A stretch of 63,740 nt of DNA, filler included, from Stramenopiles sp. TOSAG23-6 (lineage: Eukaryota): the NCBI GenBank assembly GCA_900128565.1. It is 12 parts of 12 records of this genome, joined end to end, with 100 filler letters (N's around TTAATTAATTAA, not from the genome) between each part and the next. Parts side by side here need not be neighbours in the genome. Positions count along the whole stretch, not along the records: positions 1 to 5,249 come from LT636946.1; positions 5,350 to 10,589 come from LT636947.1; positions 10,690 to 15,926 come from LT636948.1; 9 more parts are not named here. The stretch is one strand, 5' to 3'. Each line of letters starts with the position of its first letter. The stretch's first letter is position 1. Below are positions 1 through 11,382 of this stretch, piece after piece. The notes beneath the pieces are model-generated. The model was not told the origin of the DNA. It ran no database searches and was given only the letters and a program-made list of their open reading frames with translations. Made by a program: the position numbers and the translations under genes.

Positions 1-345
1 GATACTACCAACAGAGTAAAGACAACAAAAATTGATACTACCAACAGAGTAAAGACAACAAAAATTGATACTACCAACAGAGTAAAGACAACAAAAATTG
101 ATACAGAACAAGAGTTGCCACAATTTTCTCGTATTTTTAAGCAATGGAAAAAACAAAAAATGAAAATTAACAATTCTTTATGGAGTGAATACTTCAATAA
201 ACAATCTAGCATACCAAAAGATTCAAAAGATTCAAAAGATACAAAAGATACAAAAGATATACATATTGATGAAGTTGCAAAGCTAAGATTTTTGGATCAA
301 GTTAATTCTCGTTGTAATATCGAAATTAGTAGTTCTCAATGTGAT
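1..345 (+). CDS. Partial exon of an unknown protein; 33-nt tandem repeat (DTTNRVKTTKI x3) at 1-103
   Basis: Frame 1 is open from base 1 to the GTATGT donor at 346. Confidence 0.55.
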
Positions 346-440
346 GTATGTTTTTTTTTTTCAAATTCGATTTTTTTTTCGTACGAAATTTTGTACCTAA
401 CGATTTTTTTTGTTGTGTGAAATATTTTTCTAAAATACAT
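346..440 (+). mobile_element. Introner-like insert (GT...AT); flanking exon phases do not match, possibly a chimeric join
   Basis: Full consensus GTATGT / TTCGTACGAAATTTTGTACCTAAC / TAAAATAC-AT. Confidence 0.8.
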
Positions 441-735
441 GGATCCGATTCTCTCAAAAGATAATTGGGTGTCATTGACTAATCGAGATCGACTTAATCG
501 CGTTGATTATGTTGTAGATATTGACGAAGTTGGAATATTGTTTGATGCACTTGTACAAAACAGCTCTCTAGATACAATAGAAACAAACTCAGATGCACGC
601 CAAGCTTGGTGTCTTTATGTAAATGCTGTACGAAAAATGTTAAATAGAGCTCTTAAGGCACAGCCTAAAGGCACTGGGAACGACAATAATGAATTTGTGA
701 TGGAGAATTTCTCTGTGAATAAAAGGAAATCATGA
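441..735 (+). CDS. Terminal exon of an unknown protein
   Basis: Open frame DPILSKDNW...NKRKS* directly after the insert. Confidence 0.5.
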
Positions 736-891
736 ATTTGTGATGGAGAATTTCTCTGTGGATAAAAAAAATGGTAAAAACAATCTATAATTGCAATCAT
801 AAAAGAATATCGAAAATTCAAAAATTGGGGAGCACAACAAATAGAATGATTTCAAATACACATCAGAAAAGTTGAGAAAAAAAAATGTTTA

Positions 892-2154
892 TTAATAATA
901 TAAATTTGCGAAACTCTGGTGCTCATTGAAATGATTTCGACGTAATTTAGGAAATTCTCCCGCTTCCACAGCACTCATAGTTGAAGTGGGGATGACTCTT
1001 TGACTATTATCACTAGACTTAGCTGTACTATTAGCGCTTGCTGTTGCTTTTAATACACGGATTGTTCTTTCCAACTCTATATTTTCAGATTTTGTTTGTT
1101 CTAATTCTTGGTTTAATTCATTGATCATTCTATTCTGACTTTTTAATCGTTTTAATAGTTTCACGTAGTATCGAGTTTCTAACCGTAAGCCATCTTTTTG
1201 TTTTATACTGGACTGCTCTCGGGAAGCTGCAAGTCTAAGCTCCGTGAGTCTCTTTTTTAAACTTTCATTTTCTTTGAGTAAATTGTCAATTCTAATTCTA
1301 TTTTCTGCTTCTTTTTTGAACATATCTTTCCATTGGCTTTCTTTAGCACCAAGCTGAGTACATCGACGGTATATTCCATCTGCTTTGGAATTGAGAAAAT
1401 TATTCATTTTTTCAAGTTGGTCGCACTTAGTCTCAGTTGTATTAAGTTTGGATTGTAGCAGTTTCACTTCATCTTCTAGATCTGGTTCCGATTCAAGAGA
1501 ATTTACATCAAGACTATTGTCACTAATGTATGTTTTCACTCCGATTACTTTTCCTTGTGATAATTTTTGTTTGTATTGAGCGTTATCAACTTGAAAACTT
1601 CTTTTGTACTTCGCATCTCCAAGCATAAAACTCATTTGTCGTTCTCGTTCCTTTCTAGAGTTTTTAACAGATATCTCTGAGTAAGGTAGAACCAAATCGC
1701 GACCAGTGTTTGTTAACTCTACTTTAGTGGGATTAGTACAATTATTTTTCAGTTTCAAAGCCTTTCTGTCTCTAATTTCGCGTAACTCAACTCTATCTGG
1801 ATTCACTTTATCCTTGAGATTTGCAATAAAGGTCTGATACTCTTCGAAATTACATTGACACAAGTCTTGTCTAAGTAAATCTCCAATTTTTGCTTCATGT
1901 TCTTTAATAAATGCAAATTTATTATCAACTGGAGTCTCACTTTCTTCTTCACGAATTTTAATATCATTTGTTTTCTTTCCTCCAACTGCAGTGTGCCTAT
2001 TCTTTAATTTCATCGTTTTCTTTTGTCTAGAACGGCAAAGCTCCGCCTTCCTTCTCATCTTCGAAAATTCATGATGTATAATTGCTCGTTGCTCCTTCTG
2101 CATACGCTTAAGCGAAAGACCTGAAGTAAATTTACTATCCTGTGAGTCATTCAT
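892..2154 (-). CDS. Coiled-coil protein of unknown function
   Basis: Long ORF; first ATG at 2154; K/E/L-rich heptad character. Confidence 0.7.
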   Translation of the reverse strand: MNDSQDSKFTSGLSLKRMQKEQRAIIHHEFSKMRRKAELCRSRQKKTMKLKNRHTAVGGKKTNDIKIREEESETPVDNKFAFIKEHEAKIGDLLRQDLCQCNFEEYQTFIANLKDKVNPDRVELREIRDRKALKLKNNCTNPTKVELTNTGRDLVLPYSEISVKNSRKERERQMSFMLGDAKYKRSFQVDNAQYKQKLSQGKVIGVKTYISDNSLDVNSLESEPDLEDEVKLLQSKLNTTETKCDQLEKMNNFLNSKADGIYRRCTQLGAKESQWKDMFKKEAENRIRIDNLLKENESLKKRLTELRLAASREQSSIKQKDGLRLETRYYVKLLKRLKSQNRMINELNQELEQTKSENIELERTIRVLKATASANSTAKSSDNSQRVIPTSTMSAVEAGEFPKLRRNHFNEHQSFANLYY

Positions 2155-2360
2155 AATTGACGGGTCAATTTTGTAAATCTTATATAAAAATCGTAAGGCA
2201 AAAAAGTCAACATCAAAAGAAGACGTTACGGTTACATTTATGATGTCAACAGGTTTTTTATTCTTTTTCAAAATAAATAAATTGTTATTGGATTCCGTAC
2301 GAAAGTTTTGTAACTAAACCTAACGGTAGTAGGGAATATCGATTGATATACAGCAAGACA

Positions 2361-4392
2361 GCTATGCCTTTTCTTCACTTGCTTGAGATTTCTGAAGCAA
2401 TAATTTAGTTTCTTTAACTATTTGTTCATCAGTTTTACGTTGTGACAGTCTGAGCATACGAGACATCTGTCGACTTTTCCCTGAAATTGTTTGGGCAACT
2501 TTATCCATTTATTGTGAATTTTTTTTTTTTTTTGGTTTAAAAAAATCGTTAGGTACAAAAACTTTTGGTACGAAAAAAAATAAATTTAAGTAAAATTTTG
2601 GAATGAATGATGAAAACGTACATAGTCTTACGCCGATGAAAACCACTTTGATCAAACAATCTAATCTTTGAGTATGCAAGGATTACATCGATAGATTTTC
2701 GAAATACATATCTTATATACCAAAAAACATGCGAGAACGTTTCCATAGTATATCCATCACCAGTAAATAGAAGGAAGGTACCTAAATTAAATATAGTTGC
2801 AATAAGTAGAAAAAATGCATTGATGCCAAGCCAATACGTCATATGCTGAAGCTTTAGCATTTGTGCAGAATGTTTATCATTCTTTTTGTTTTTATTTCGA
2901 GATCGTCTCATTAATTTCATTTTCCTCTGTTTTTCACCCATAACTTGAAGAAGTCGCATAAATTGAACAACAAAATATACACCTGATAAAAAACCTCCAA
3001 ATGTATCTTCAAAGAGTCTAAAGACTACGAAATAATATATTGGTATTAATCCAAGTATCATAATGAAAGTTATGACAAAAGGAGGAGGGACTGTCAATAT
3101 AAATGATATTATTAGAGTAGTTCTGTACTTTTTAAAAATTTGAGCTTGTTTTCTCATTCTCTTAGTAGCATTGACTAGTTCCATTACAGAAATTCCGACC
3201 AAGATATTATTGAAAAATGCTACACCGGAAGGACTAAAGAAATTATAACCAAAACCATAAGCGCTACCCCAAATTCCTAGGTGTCTGTGCGAAAGTCCCA
3301 CCCCAAGCATCGGCGATTTGATGACATGAAGTACACAGGTGAAAATTGCAAGCCAAATTGAGACCCGTGGAGCATTTATCGCATTCGATTTTAAGTTCAT
3401 TTCGTCCAATGTATTAAAACCTACTTTCATTACACACATGCCCATCAAAGGCAAAAGAATGTGGGCTTGGCACCATAAAAATGGATTTTTGGCGACAATT
3501 CCTGTTTTCTGATCTTCTTCAAAGATACTTATTCTTATCTTACTCTCACCAACAAAAAGTTTGTCTCTCTTTTTGGCTAATTCTTCATAGAAGTATTTTG
3601 GAATTGGCGCATTGTGGGTAGGTGCACCTGGAAATAAGTAAAAGTCCGTAATCCAAACCAAAAAGATATCAGGTTGATCAACTTCAAGATACTCATATGG
3701 AGTATGAAAACCCTGGCCCTGGCCTATGCCCTCAATTGTAAAATCATTTGCCAAGATTAAGCCGCCGATAGCCCCTTCGGAATGTAAGTGTTGAATCATT
3801 TCTTGGTGTGAGTAAAAAAATCCTCCACCATGTATTGTGAAAAACAAATTTTAGAATTCGAAATTCGTTAGGTACGAATTTTGGTACAAACAATTATTTA
3901 GTTAAAAAAATCATGATGAAAACACACAAATTCAGGTTTATGATCAAGAGAAGCCCCAAAATTTGCAACTGCAATTTTACCGGTTACATTTACTTTAGTG
4001 GGTTGGGTATCACCAGCAAGTAGTCTTGTCGTAGTCGCAAGCCCATCAACCCATACCCACTCCCCTTCGAGTGTTCCATTTTGTTTACCAAGAAAAGGTG
4101 AAACGGAAAGGCAATCATGGCCTCTCTGATTTAACTCTGGAATGGCATTATTTGTTGTTTTGTTTAACAATTCAATATTCCCAAGGTATTCGTCACCAGT
4201 GCCCGGAAGACCGTCAGGATTATGATGGGACATTATATTCCCGCATATGAAGAATATGGCAATGAAAAACAAAGTCAAAGACATGGTGTCAACCCATTGC
4301 AGATACAATTTCTTTAGTTCTTTAACCTTTTTTTGCTTCACTTGTATTTCCGAATCATTCTTACCACTGTTATTTTGTTGTTCTTGATTCAT
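2361..4392 (-). CDS. Multi-pass membrane protein, 3 exons (4392-3928, 3829-2622, 2506-2361), possible PA-like luminal domain
   Basis: Two inserts removed by the family rule give PEF|GGGFF and RKTM-DKVAQ in frame; about 7 hydrophobic segments. Confidence 0.7.
2507..2621 (-). mobile_element. Introner-like intron GT...AT (ends CACAATAA-AT)
   Basis: Consensus motifs; AT/AT flanks; frame restored. Confidence 0.8.
3830..3927 (-). mobile_element. Introner-like intron GT...AT
   Basis: GTGTGT donor, GTACCTAAC, CACAATAC-AT; frame restored. Confidence 0.8.
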
Positions 4393-4954
4393 TGTTAGCC
4401 TTGAAAAGATAATGCTGCCTTTTATATATAGGATACACCCAGTAGTAGTAGGATAAAGTATGGTACCAAAAGTATCGATAGAGGCCTCCGTAGTGCGTAC
4501 TTCCGTATACCCTCCGTGTCCAGTCGGCCCTTTTTAGAAAAAAAATCTCCGATATATCGATATATATAGCTGGATCGCGCGACTTCAAACGTTCAAAACG
4601 GATGACCAACCTTGCTACTAAGTATACTAGTACTAGCTACAGAGAAAATAGAGTAGATGAAGTAGGATTCATCCAGTTTAACTGAAGAAATATTCCTTTT
4701 TTTTTCAGCCTCCAATCAAAAAAGAAAATATGAATAGTCTTAGAAAGTTTTATTGTTTATTATTTAAGCCTGTCCAAACTTTGATGTAATTCAGTTTCAG
4801 TTTCTTGCAAGTCTTTCAGTAACGTCACCCAGTCATATGAACTAACATTTTGCTCGTTCCTGGAAATGCACAGTTATCCCTGGCGACATTTTGTTGATGC
4901 CTNNNNNNNNNNNCACGTAATCCATTTATTTCTAATTTTCTCGAACTTCCAAAG

Positions 4955-5156
4955 TCAAAAAAAACTTTTTTGTTGCTGTTGCTGAAAGTCATTTCTATGT
5001 TTCAAATCTATTTTTCTATTTTTTTCACACCAATTATCAGTTTGATTCATAACTCCATGAGTCAAATTCCATATGATCAACGGATGATCAATTTCGCAGA
5101 CTTCAGATCGACGGTATGAATCAAATAGCCATGGCAAATTTAGTGAATCCAGATGC
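4955..5156 (-). CDS. Exon fragment of an unknown gene, following a truncated insert at 5157-5249
   Basis: Open frame immediately after CACAATAC-AT. Confidence 0.4.
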
Positions 5157-5249
5157 ATGTATTGTGAAAAAAAAAAAACACAATCGAAAAAAAATTGTTA
5201 GGTACAAAATTTCGTATGAAAAAAAAATAAATTTGAAATTCATAATGAA

Positions 5250-5349
5250 NNNNNNNNNNNNNNNNNNNNNNNNNNNNNNNNNNNNNNNNNNNNTTAATTA
5301 ATTAANNNNNNNNNNNNNNNNNNNNNNNNNNNNNNNNNNNNNNNNNNNN
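5250..5349. other. Artificial contig spacer (N run, TTAATTAATTAA, N run); also near 10590, 15926, 21259, 26584, 31905, 37224, 42538, 47849, 53152, 58450
   Basis: Same 12-mer with stops in all six frames, recurring about every 5.3 kb. Confidence 0.98.
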
Positions 5350-5380
5350 TTTCAAATTATAAAACATATTTTCTTCAAAN

Positions 5381-6097
5381 GCATGCTCGATCGGAACGAA
5401 TGAAACAAATCAATAAGGCAATAAAAGAGCAAAGAAAAGCCATGATTAGGGAGGAGAATATGTACGTCTTTATTGTGAATTTTTTATCTAAATGTTTTTT
5501 AAAAACATTTTGTACCTAACGAGTTTCGAATTTAATTTTTTTTCACAATACATCCGTCGTGATAAATGGAAAAATAATTTAACATTAGAAAGGGACATCA
5601 CACCTGGTCCAGGAAAATATTCTTTGCCCGATCTTACTACACAAGTAGCAGGTGGGACTTGGTCTCGAACCGCAGTAAAGAGTGAATTTGAAGAAATTGA
5701 ATATCGAGGTAGAAATATTCCTGGTCCTGGCCATTATGGAATGTTAAAGTCATGTATTGAACCAAAAGGGGGAATTATTGCTAGAAGATGTCCAGGTCAA
5801 TTGGATATCATGTTAAAACGAGCAGCTGAGACACCAGGTCCTGGTCAGTATCAGCCAAGAGAGATTGAAAGTAATAANCCTCAAGCTTTTGCTAAATTTA
5901 AAACTCCAGGAATGTTAGATCAAGCCATTAGAAACTCAAGAGATGTCCCCGGNCCAGGAATGTACCAAACTTCGGATATGCCAACAGCAAAAGCAAAGGA
6001 AGTNTTACGAATGAAAGCAGCAACTAGACAAATAGTACAATCTGCTTTAAAGAAAAATGGTAGGGGACGTCGGCGTCCTAGTACTGCCGCTTATTAG
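5381..6097 (+). CDS. SHIPPO-repeat (PGPGxY; ODF3-like) ciliary protein, 3' part; intron 5462-5553
   Basis: TPGPGKY, IPGPGHY, TPGPGQY repeats; EENI-RRDKW after insert removal. Confidence 0.8.
5462..5553 (+). mobile_element. Introner-like intron GT...AT
   Basis: AT/AT flanks; frame restored only when CAATAC+2 nt is removed. Confidence 0.85.
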
Positions 6098-6233
6098 TAA
6101 ATATAGTATTCTTGTTACATATAACTTTCTTTTTTATATGATATGATATGACATAATAAAACACAGATAATAAAAATGAATCANAAAAAACGATTTTTTA
6201 AAAGTATTTTATTTTTGAGATGTAGAGAAATCT

Positions 6234-9167
6234 TCAAACTTGGACTTTAGGGTTAGTATCATCATTATTTACTTCTTTGGAAGGTGTTACCGCCGCTACC
6301 TTCTTTGCATCATTCAACATTTTTGCAATTCTCTCTTCTGATGTTAAGCGCGAGATTTCTATCGTTTCAGGTTTCATTTTCCTTCGATATTGTAATCTTT
6401 TTTCAATCCGTTTTGGAATGCTATTTTCATCGATACAATGCTTCATATTGATTATATTACCTCTGCGTTGTGCTGCTGAAAACAATCTTGACATATGCGC
6501 TTGCATCATTGTTATTCGTTGTTTATTTGCCTTATGAGAAGATCGAGCGCGAGTTCCAGGTCGCGAACCTTTTTTAGTGAATGAAGCTTGGTCAAGAGGA
6601 GACCACCCACGGAGAGTGATTTCTACATCCAATTTCGGCCACCTTTGTTCGAATTGAGGGAGAGGATCAAGCATATCTTTTGTTGGAAGAATTGCTAACG
6701 TCTGCTTCTTNGTGACAGCTATGCGCGTTTCAGACACGCGGCGTATTGGTTCTGTAACTATGTTGTGCCACTCTTTATCAGCAGCATCTTGACCGCGTTG
6801 TTTAAATATACGATCATATCTTTGTTCTGCCGTTGAAACTTTCATTGCTGAAACTGCCATTAGTGCTGCTATTTTATTACCATGACCAGCTGTATAAGAT
6901 GCTCGTACTGCATCTCTTTGTTTCGGTTGCATTTTNGTAGAATTCTTACTATATCTTTTCATAATTGGATCTATTTTAGCCATATAAGCATCAATTTCTT
7001 TATCACCTATAATATTTGTTTTTGGTCTCCAAATAATACCGTCTAGTTCATTTGCGAGTTTTTGTAGTGCTTCTTTCTTTTCTGCTTTTAATTTTAATTG
7101 TTCTTCGTTTTTTTCTGCATCTGNTATTCCCAAAGATTTTGACGCCTTTTGGTCCCATGCTTCTTGTGCTGCATTAGCCAATTCGCTTAGTTTTAGTGTA
7201 GCTATACCCATTTTTAGTCCTTTTTTTCCTTGCGGTTGCATTAATCGGAATTCGAAAGTAATATTTTCAAGTCGAGATTTCAACTTATTACTATAGACAA
7301 CAAAGGATTCATTCCAAAGAATGTTGTTATTGATATCTNTCAAATTAGTCATTGGAGATATCCTTGTTTTATGCTCGATTTTTTTGTGGCCTAATAATAC
7401 TGTATGAATATACGGCGAACTAAATGGATTTGTTGTCTCTGTTTCTGGGTTTTGATCATGACCATACAAATTTGACGCTGATCTGATTTTTATCCATAAT
7501 TCAAATCCTTTTTCACTCGGTGTTGTCCCATCGAATAGTCGCTCACGGCTTAACCCTTCCCGGTGTTTCATTCGGTCATAGTATGACATTCCTCTTCGCT
7601 CAGCTTCAATTTTATATTTTGGTTTATCCTCAACTGACATCCTAAGACAGTTCTGTCGCGCACGCTTTCGGTTTAACTTTAATATATGTAAGTGTCCCCT
7701 CCTGTATTCATCTACTTTTCTAAGACGTAACTTTTTAGCTCTTACTAATGCAAATGCTTGGTCTTCTTGGAAACGCAAGTCANACACTGTTTTTTCCATT
7801 TTCTCATGTTTTTCTTTTTCCATGTTTAACTCTGCTTCCAACTTTTTATACCGTTTAAAAATTTTATCTTTCAAATGAACTTTTTTATCCAAGTGTACAT
7901 TTTCAGACTTAAGTTCTTCNAGTATATGTTCGAGTATTCCAATGTCATCATGGTAGTCTATCTTCTTTTGTCTTAGTTCCATCTCTTCCTGATTTAATTT
8001 CTTAATTTCTTCTGCAGTTGCTAGATATCCTTCTTGTTGCGTATTAAATCGTAATTTACTTTTCAACATTCTTTTTTCAGCTATTGTTGTGTTTTTCTCT
8101 TCTTTAATTCTTGTTTGAACAGATAAATCAAGTTTCTCCTTGAGTCTCTTCAACTCAGTATCCAAGGCNAAAGAGTCAGCAAGCATTTTTTGTTTNGTTT
8201 TTTCATCCTCGAGACCTACTTTCTCGGCTCGCCGTACAGTAGATGAAAATGGCACTTTTTTTCCATTTTCATTTGTGTAAATATATGAATCCAATGTTTG
8301 CTGCAATACTTTCCTAAATAGTTCTTGACTATTTTTTTCATTCGGTGATAAGTATTGTGAAAAAATATTTTTTTTAGTAAAAAAATCGTTAGGTACAACA
8401 TTTCGTATGAAAACAAAATTTGAAATGGTTAAAAAAAANTCAATTTTGAAAACGTACAAACAGTTTTCTATATAATAACTTAAAAAGTCGAAACATGCTA
8501 GAGTTCGTGCTATAGCTTCGTTCTCGCTCGACAAATCATTTTCATATGTTTTGCAGTATTCAATGGTGTCTCCGAGTGAAGTTGTCTCTGATAATAAAGA
8601 CGATTTCAAAGAACATTTGACTATGCCTTCTTTTTTTCTTCGTTCTGAACGTAAAGTTTTAGTACCAATATANGGAAAGTCNTTATAATTATTTTCTAAA
8701 ACATCTGAAGAAATATTTAGATTTTGTGAATGAGGTTCCTTTAAAGGTATCTTTAAAGGTATCTTTAAAGGTATCTTTAAATCTTGAAACCTTGATTTCA
8801 AAAATGTGTGAAATGTTTTTAATAAATCTTCATCTGGTGGAAGATACTGCCATACAGGTACTTCATCTTCTCTTGGACGCTGATTATTTACNGCATTTGA
8901 TGTATTCGAAGGAAGTGAACGATTCAAAAATGATTTCCCCCATTCCAAACGTTTTTCTAGTGTATTTAAAACAGGTTCTCGAAGTTTTGGCTTCACTGGA
9001 AGTGAATGTCCAAGAGCTTGGCGAACTACAAAAGCAGCTGGAGCTGAATTAGTAGAAGTATTGTCTGTTTTTTTGCGAGATGCACTTCTACGAGCAGCAG
9101 ATTTTGTAGCGTCTGAATCGATCAGATTTCCTGATGATTCTGTGCGTATACTTGGTAGGCGAAGCAT
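6234..9167 (-). CDS. Coiled-coil protein with a C2-like domain; intron 8350-8457
   Basis: Long ORF; LWIKIRSASNL...SSPYI...KTRI...LWNESF resembles C2. Confidence 0.7.
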   Translation of the reverse strand: MLRLPSIRTESSGNLIDSDATKSAARRSASRKKTDNTSTNSAPAAFVVRQALGHSLPVKPKLREPVLNTLEKRLEWGKSFLNRSLPSNTSNXVNNQRPREDEVPVWQYLPPDEDLLKTFHTFLKSRFQDLKIPLKIPLKIPLKEPHSQNLNISSDVLENNYXDFXYIGTKTLRSERRKKEGIVKCSLKSSLLSETTSLGDTIEYCKTYENDLSSENEAIARTLACFDFLSYYIENCLYVFKIXFFLTISNFVFIRNVVPNDFFTKKNIFSQYLSPNEKNSQELFRKVLQQTLDSYIYTNENGKKVPFSSTVRRAEKVGLEDEKXKQKMLADSXALDTELKRLKEKLDLSVQTRIKEEKNTTIAEKRMLKSKLRFNTQQEGYLATAEEIKKLNQEEMELRQKKIDYHDDIGILEHIXEELKSENVHLDKKVHLKDKIFKRYKKLEAELNMEKEKHEKMEKTVXDLRFQEDQAFALVRAKKLRLRKVDEYRRGHLHILKLNRKRARQNCLRMSVEDKPKYKIEAERRGMSYYDRMKHREGLSRERLFDGTTPSEKGFELWIKIRSASNLYGHDQNPETETTNPFSSPYIHTVLLGHKKIEHKTRISPMTNLXDINNNILWNESFVVYSNKLKSRLENITFEFRLMQPQGKKGLKMGIATLKLSELANAAQEAWDQKASKSLGIXDAEKNEEQLKLKAEKKEALQKLANELDGIIWRPKTNIIGDKEIDAYMAKIDPIMKRYSKNSXKMQPKQRDAVRASYTAGHGNKIAALMAVSAMKVSTAEQRYDRIFKQRGQDAADKEWHNIVTEPIRRVSETRIAVXKKQTLAILPTKDMLDPLPQFEQRWPKLDVEITLRGWSPLDQASFTKKGSRPGTRARSSHKANKQRITMMQAHMSRLFSAAQRRGNIINMKHCIDENSIPKRIEKRLQYRRKMKPETIEISRLTSEERIAKMLNDAKKVAAVTPSKEVNNDDTNPKVQV
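8350..8457 (-). mobile_element. Introner-like intron GT...TT, 108 nt, stop-free in frame
   Basis: TT|GTACGT...CACAATAC-TT; junction ENCL-SPNE. Confidence 0.8.
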
Positions 9168-9480
9168 TTTACTCAATGAACTATTTCTCCTGGACCCATT
9201 TTTAGTTTAAAAGCTTTATAGTTGTATAAGTAACTACCTCACAGAAGTAGTTGTTATAAACGATATATAAGTGTAACTGTGATCAATACCAGGCCAGGGT
9301 CCGTTTTTTAGAGAGCGAGTTTTTTTGAATCGAACAAAAGTCGAAGGTGTATCCTTTGTATCCGCTTACTCTCTTCGGGATCTTTTGAGAGGAACGGTAC
9401 AAAGAAGCTTCTAATTGTTGATAAAGATTGGATTCCAAAAGAGCCATATCTTGCCAAGTATGGAAAAAATACATGTAAAA

Positions 9481-10589
9481 ATGCCTAAAATGCCTCTGGT
9501 CAAGAAGAATCCTCATAGCNATCTTCTACGCTCAAGCCTTTTTCTCGCAATTCTTGGAGTCTTTGCNGTCACTTTGACTTTTCACTCATTCTCTCCGAGT
9601 ACGGCCGATAGCTCTTCAGCTGGTCTTCGTCGGCTTGAATCCACTACAGAACTTACTTCGGGTGTTACTCTCACTACGGAAGTTACTTCGGATGTTGCCG
9701 CTTCAGTCGTAAGGCAGACTGACTCAGACTTTGCATGTCCTTCGGGGTCATCGGTCGCTCTCGATGTTACACTCACTTCAACGTCGACCGTTTCACAGAA
9801 AAAATTGCAGAATTGTTCCTCTATAATAAGCCTGACAATAACATCAAGCACACTTACCAAAATTGACAAGAAAGCGTTTAAAAATTGCTCGAATTTGGAA
9901 AGCGTTGATTTATCTGGATGCACTTCNCTTAAAAAGATTAAAAAAAAGGCATTTAAAGGTTGCGGTAAGCTTAGCGACTTTCAATTCCCTGGATCTCTTA
10001 CAGGAGTATCAAAGTATGCTTTTGACGATACTTGTTTTGAAGGCGAGGACGACACAGCTAAATTAAATGACGCCGTATTTGTTGATTGCCAAGAATACGT
10101 TGCGACTGTGACTCCGGCACCAACACCTGCACCAACTGCAGCGCCAACACCTGCACCAACTGCAGCGCCAACACCAGCACCAACTGCAGCGCCAACTGCA
10201 GCACCAACATCAATAACTTGCGACAAGGGCGAGTATGCAGAAAATGGTGAGTGTAATGAGTGTGGTGCTGGTAAGTACTCATCTTCATCTGGTGCAAGCA
10301 AATGCACAGATTGTCCAGCGGGAGCGTACAGCGACGAAGGTGCAAGTGAGTGTGATCTTTGTCCGGCAGGAACGGCAAACATCTCGACTGGTGGCCATGC
10401 AAGTGATTGTGAAGAATGTGCTATAGGAAAATACAGTAGTTCAGCTGGAGCTTCTGTCTGTACTGATTGTTCTACTGTGACAACAACAGGCGCTACTTCC
10501 TGTCCTTGCGACATGGGCGAGTATGCAAGTAGTAATGGTGAATGTAACAAGTGTAATGCTGGTTTCTACACTCAATCATATGATGCGAC
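9481..10589 (+). CDS. Surface protein: N-terminal TM segment, BspA-type LRRs, PT(P/A)A linker, Cys-rich CPAGxY repeats (3' truncated)
   Basis: IDKKAFKNCSNLESVDL; APTPAPTA repeats; CxxCPAGxYS. Confidence 0.8.
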
Positions 10590-11382
10590 NNNNNNNNNNN
10601 NNNNNNNNNNNNNNNNNNNNNNNNNNNNNNNNNTTAATTAATTAANNNNNNNNNNNNNNNNNNNNNNNNNNNNNNNNNNNNNNNNNNNNTTTTTTTTCAA
10701 TTTCGAATTTATTTTTCGTACGAAATTTTGTACCTAACAAATTTAATTTTTTTTTTTTGAAATATTTTTCTACAATACACACAAATGAAATGGATATTAT
10801 TTGGTACAAAATTTGCTAATAAAATACATGTTGAAAAAAGGAAGCAATATGAAAAAGATTCTGAATTATAGTAATAGACTAATAGTCAATAATCGACTAT
10901 ATTATATCATATGTCTCATTCGTTTATATATTTATTTATTGTGCCACGAATAAACGAAGTTTTATAATACAGGGAAATTCCTTAAAAAAAATATATTTTT
11001 TTTAAATTTCGAATCCTTTTTGAAAGTTTTTTTGTGTTCTTCAATCAAAAAAAGAAAAGACGACAACAAAAATAGCAAAAAAAAAATTGAAATCAATCAG
11101 TATTTTTTTAAACTACGACGACTACTGTTACCCTATGTACTACTAGTACTAGCTAGCTATAGGTAGTAAATATGTACGACTCGGGTGTAAAAAATACTTA
11201 TGTCAACATCGGTCAAACATTCGAAAGATTCGCATTGGAAAAAGTTTGAAAACATTTCTATTTTCTTCAATACAATAATTGTAGTATTACCTAAAAAAAT
11301 AGACACTTTCACAAGAATATATTACGTTTTTAAAAATGGATGTTTAGTTTCATTAAATTTAAAATTTTTATATTTTAACGTC

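Noticed and set aside
1-103. CRISPR-like 33-nt repeats
   Set aside because: Direct tandem copies without spacers, in frame within a coding exon of a eukaryote.
346-438. GT...AC as the general intron boundary
   Set aside because: In frame only at a few suspected chimeric joins; it frameshifts EttA, ARMC2, GT32, MIOS, ZZ and SHIPPO.
5294-5305. TTAATTAATTAA periodic motif as a biological repeat
   Set aside because: Always embedded in N runs between unrelated contigs, so it is a concatenation linker. Gene adjacency across it means nothing.
5460-5551. Reading the inserts as U12-type AT-AC introns
   Set aside because: It works only where the duplicated dinucleotide is AT. The U12 donor ATATCCTT is absent, the AC varies (AA, GC, TC, TT), GTAYGT is far better conserved, and the EttA junction and AG-ending copies favour the GT register.
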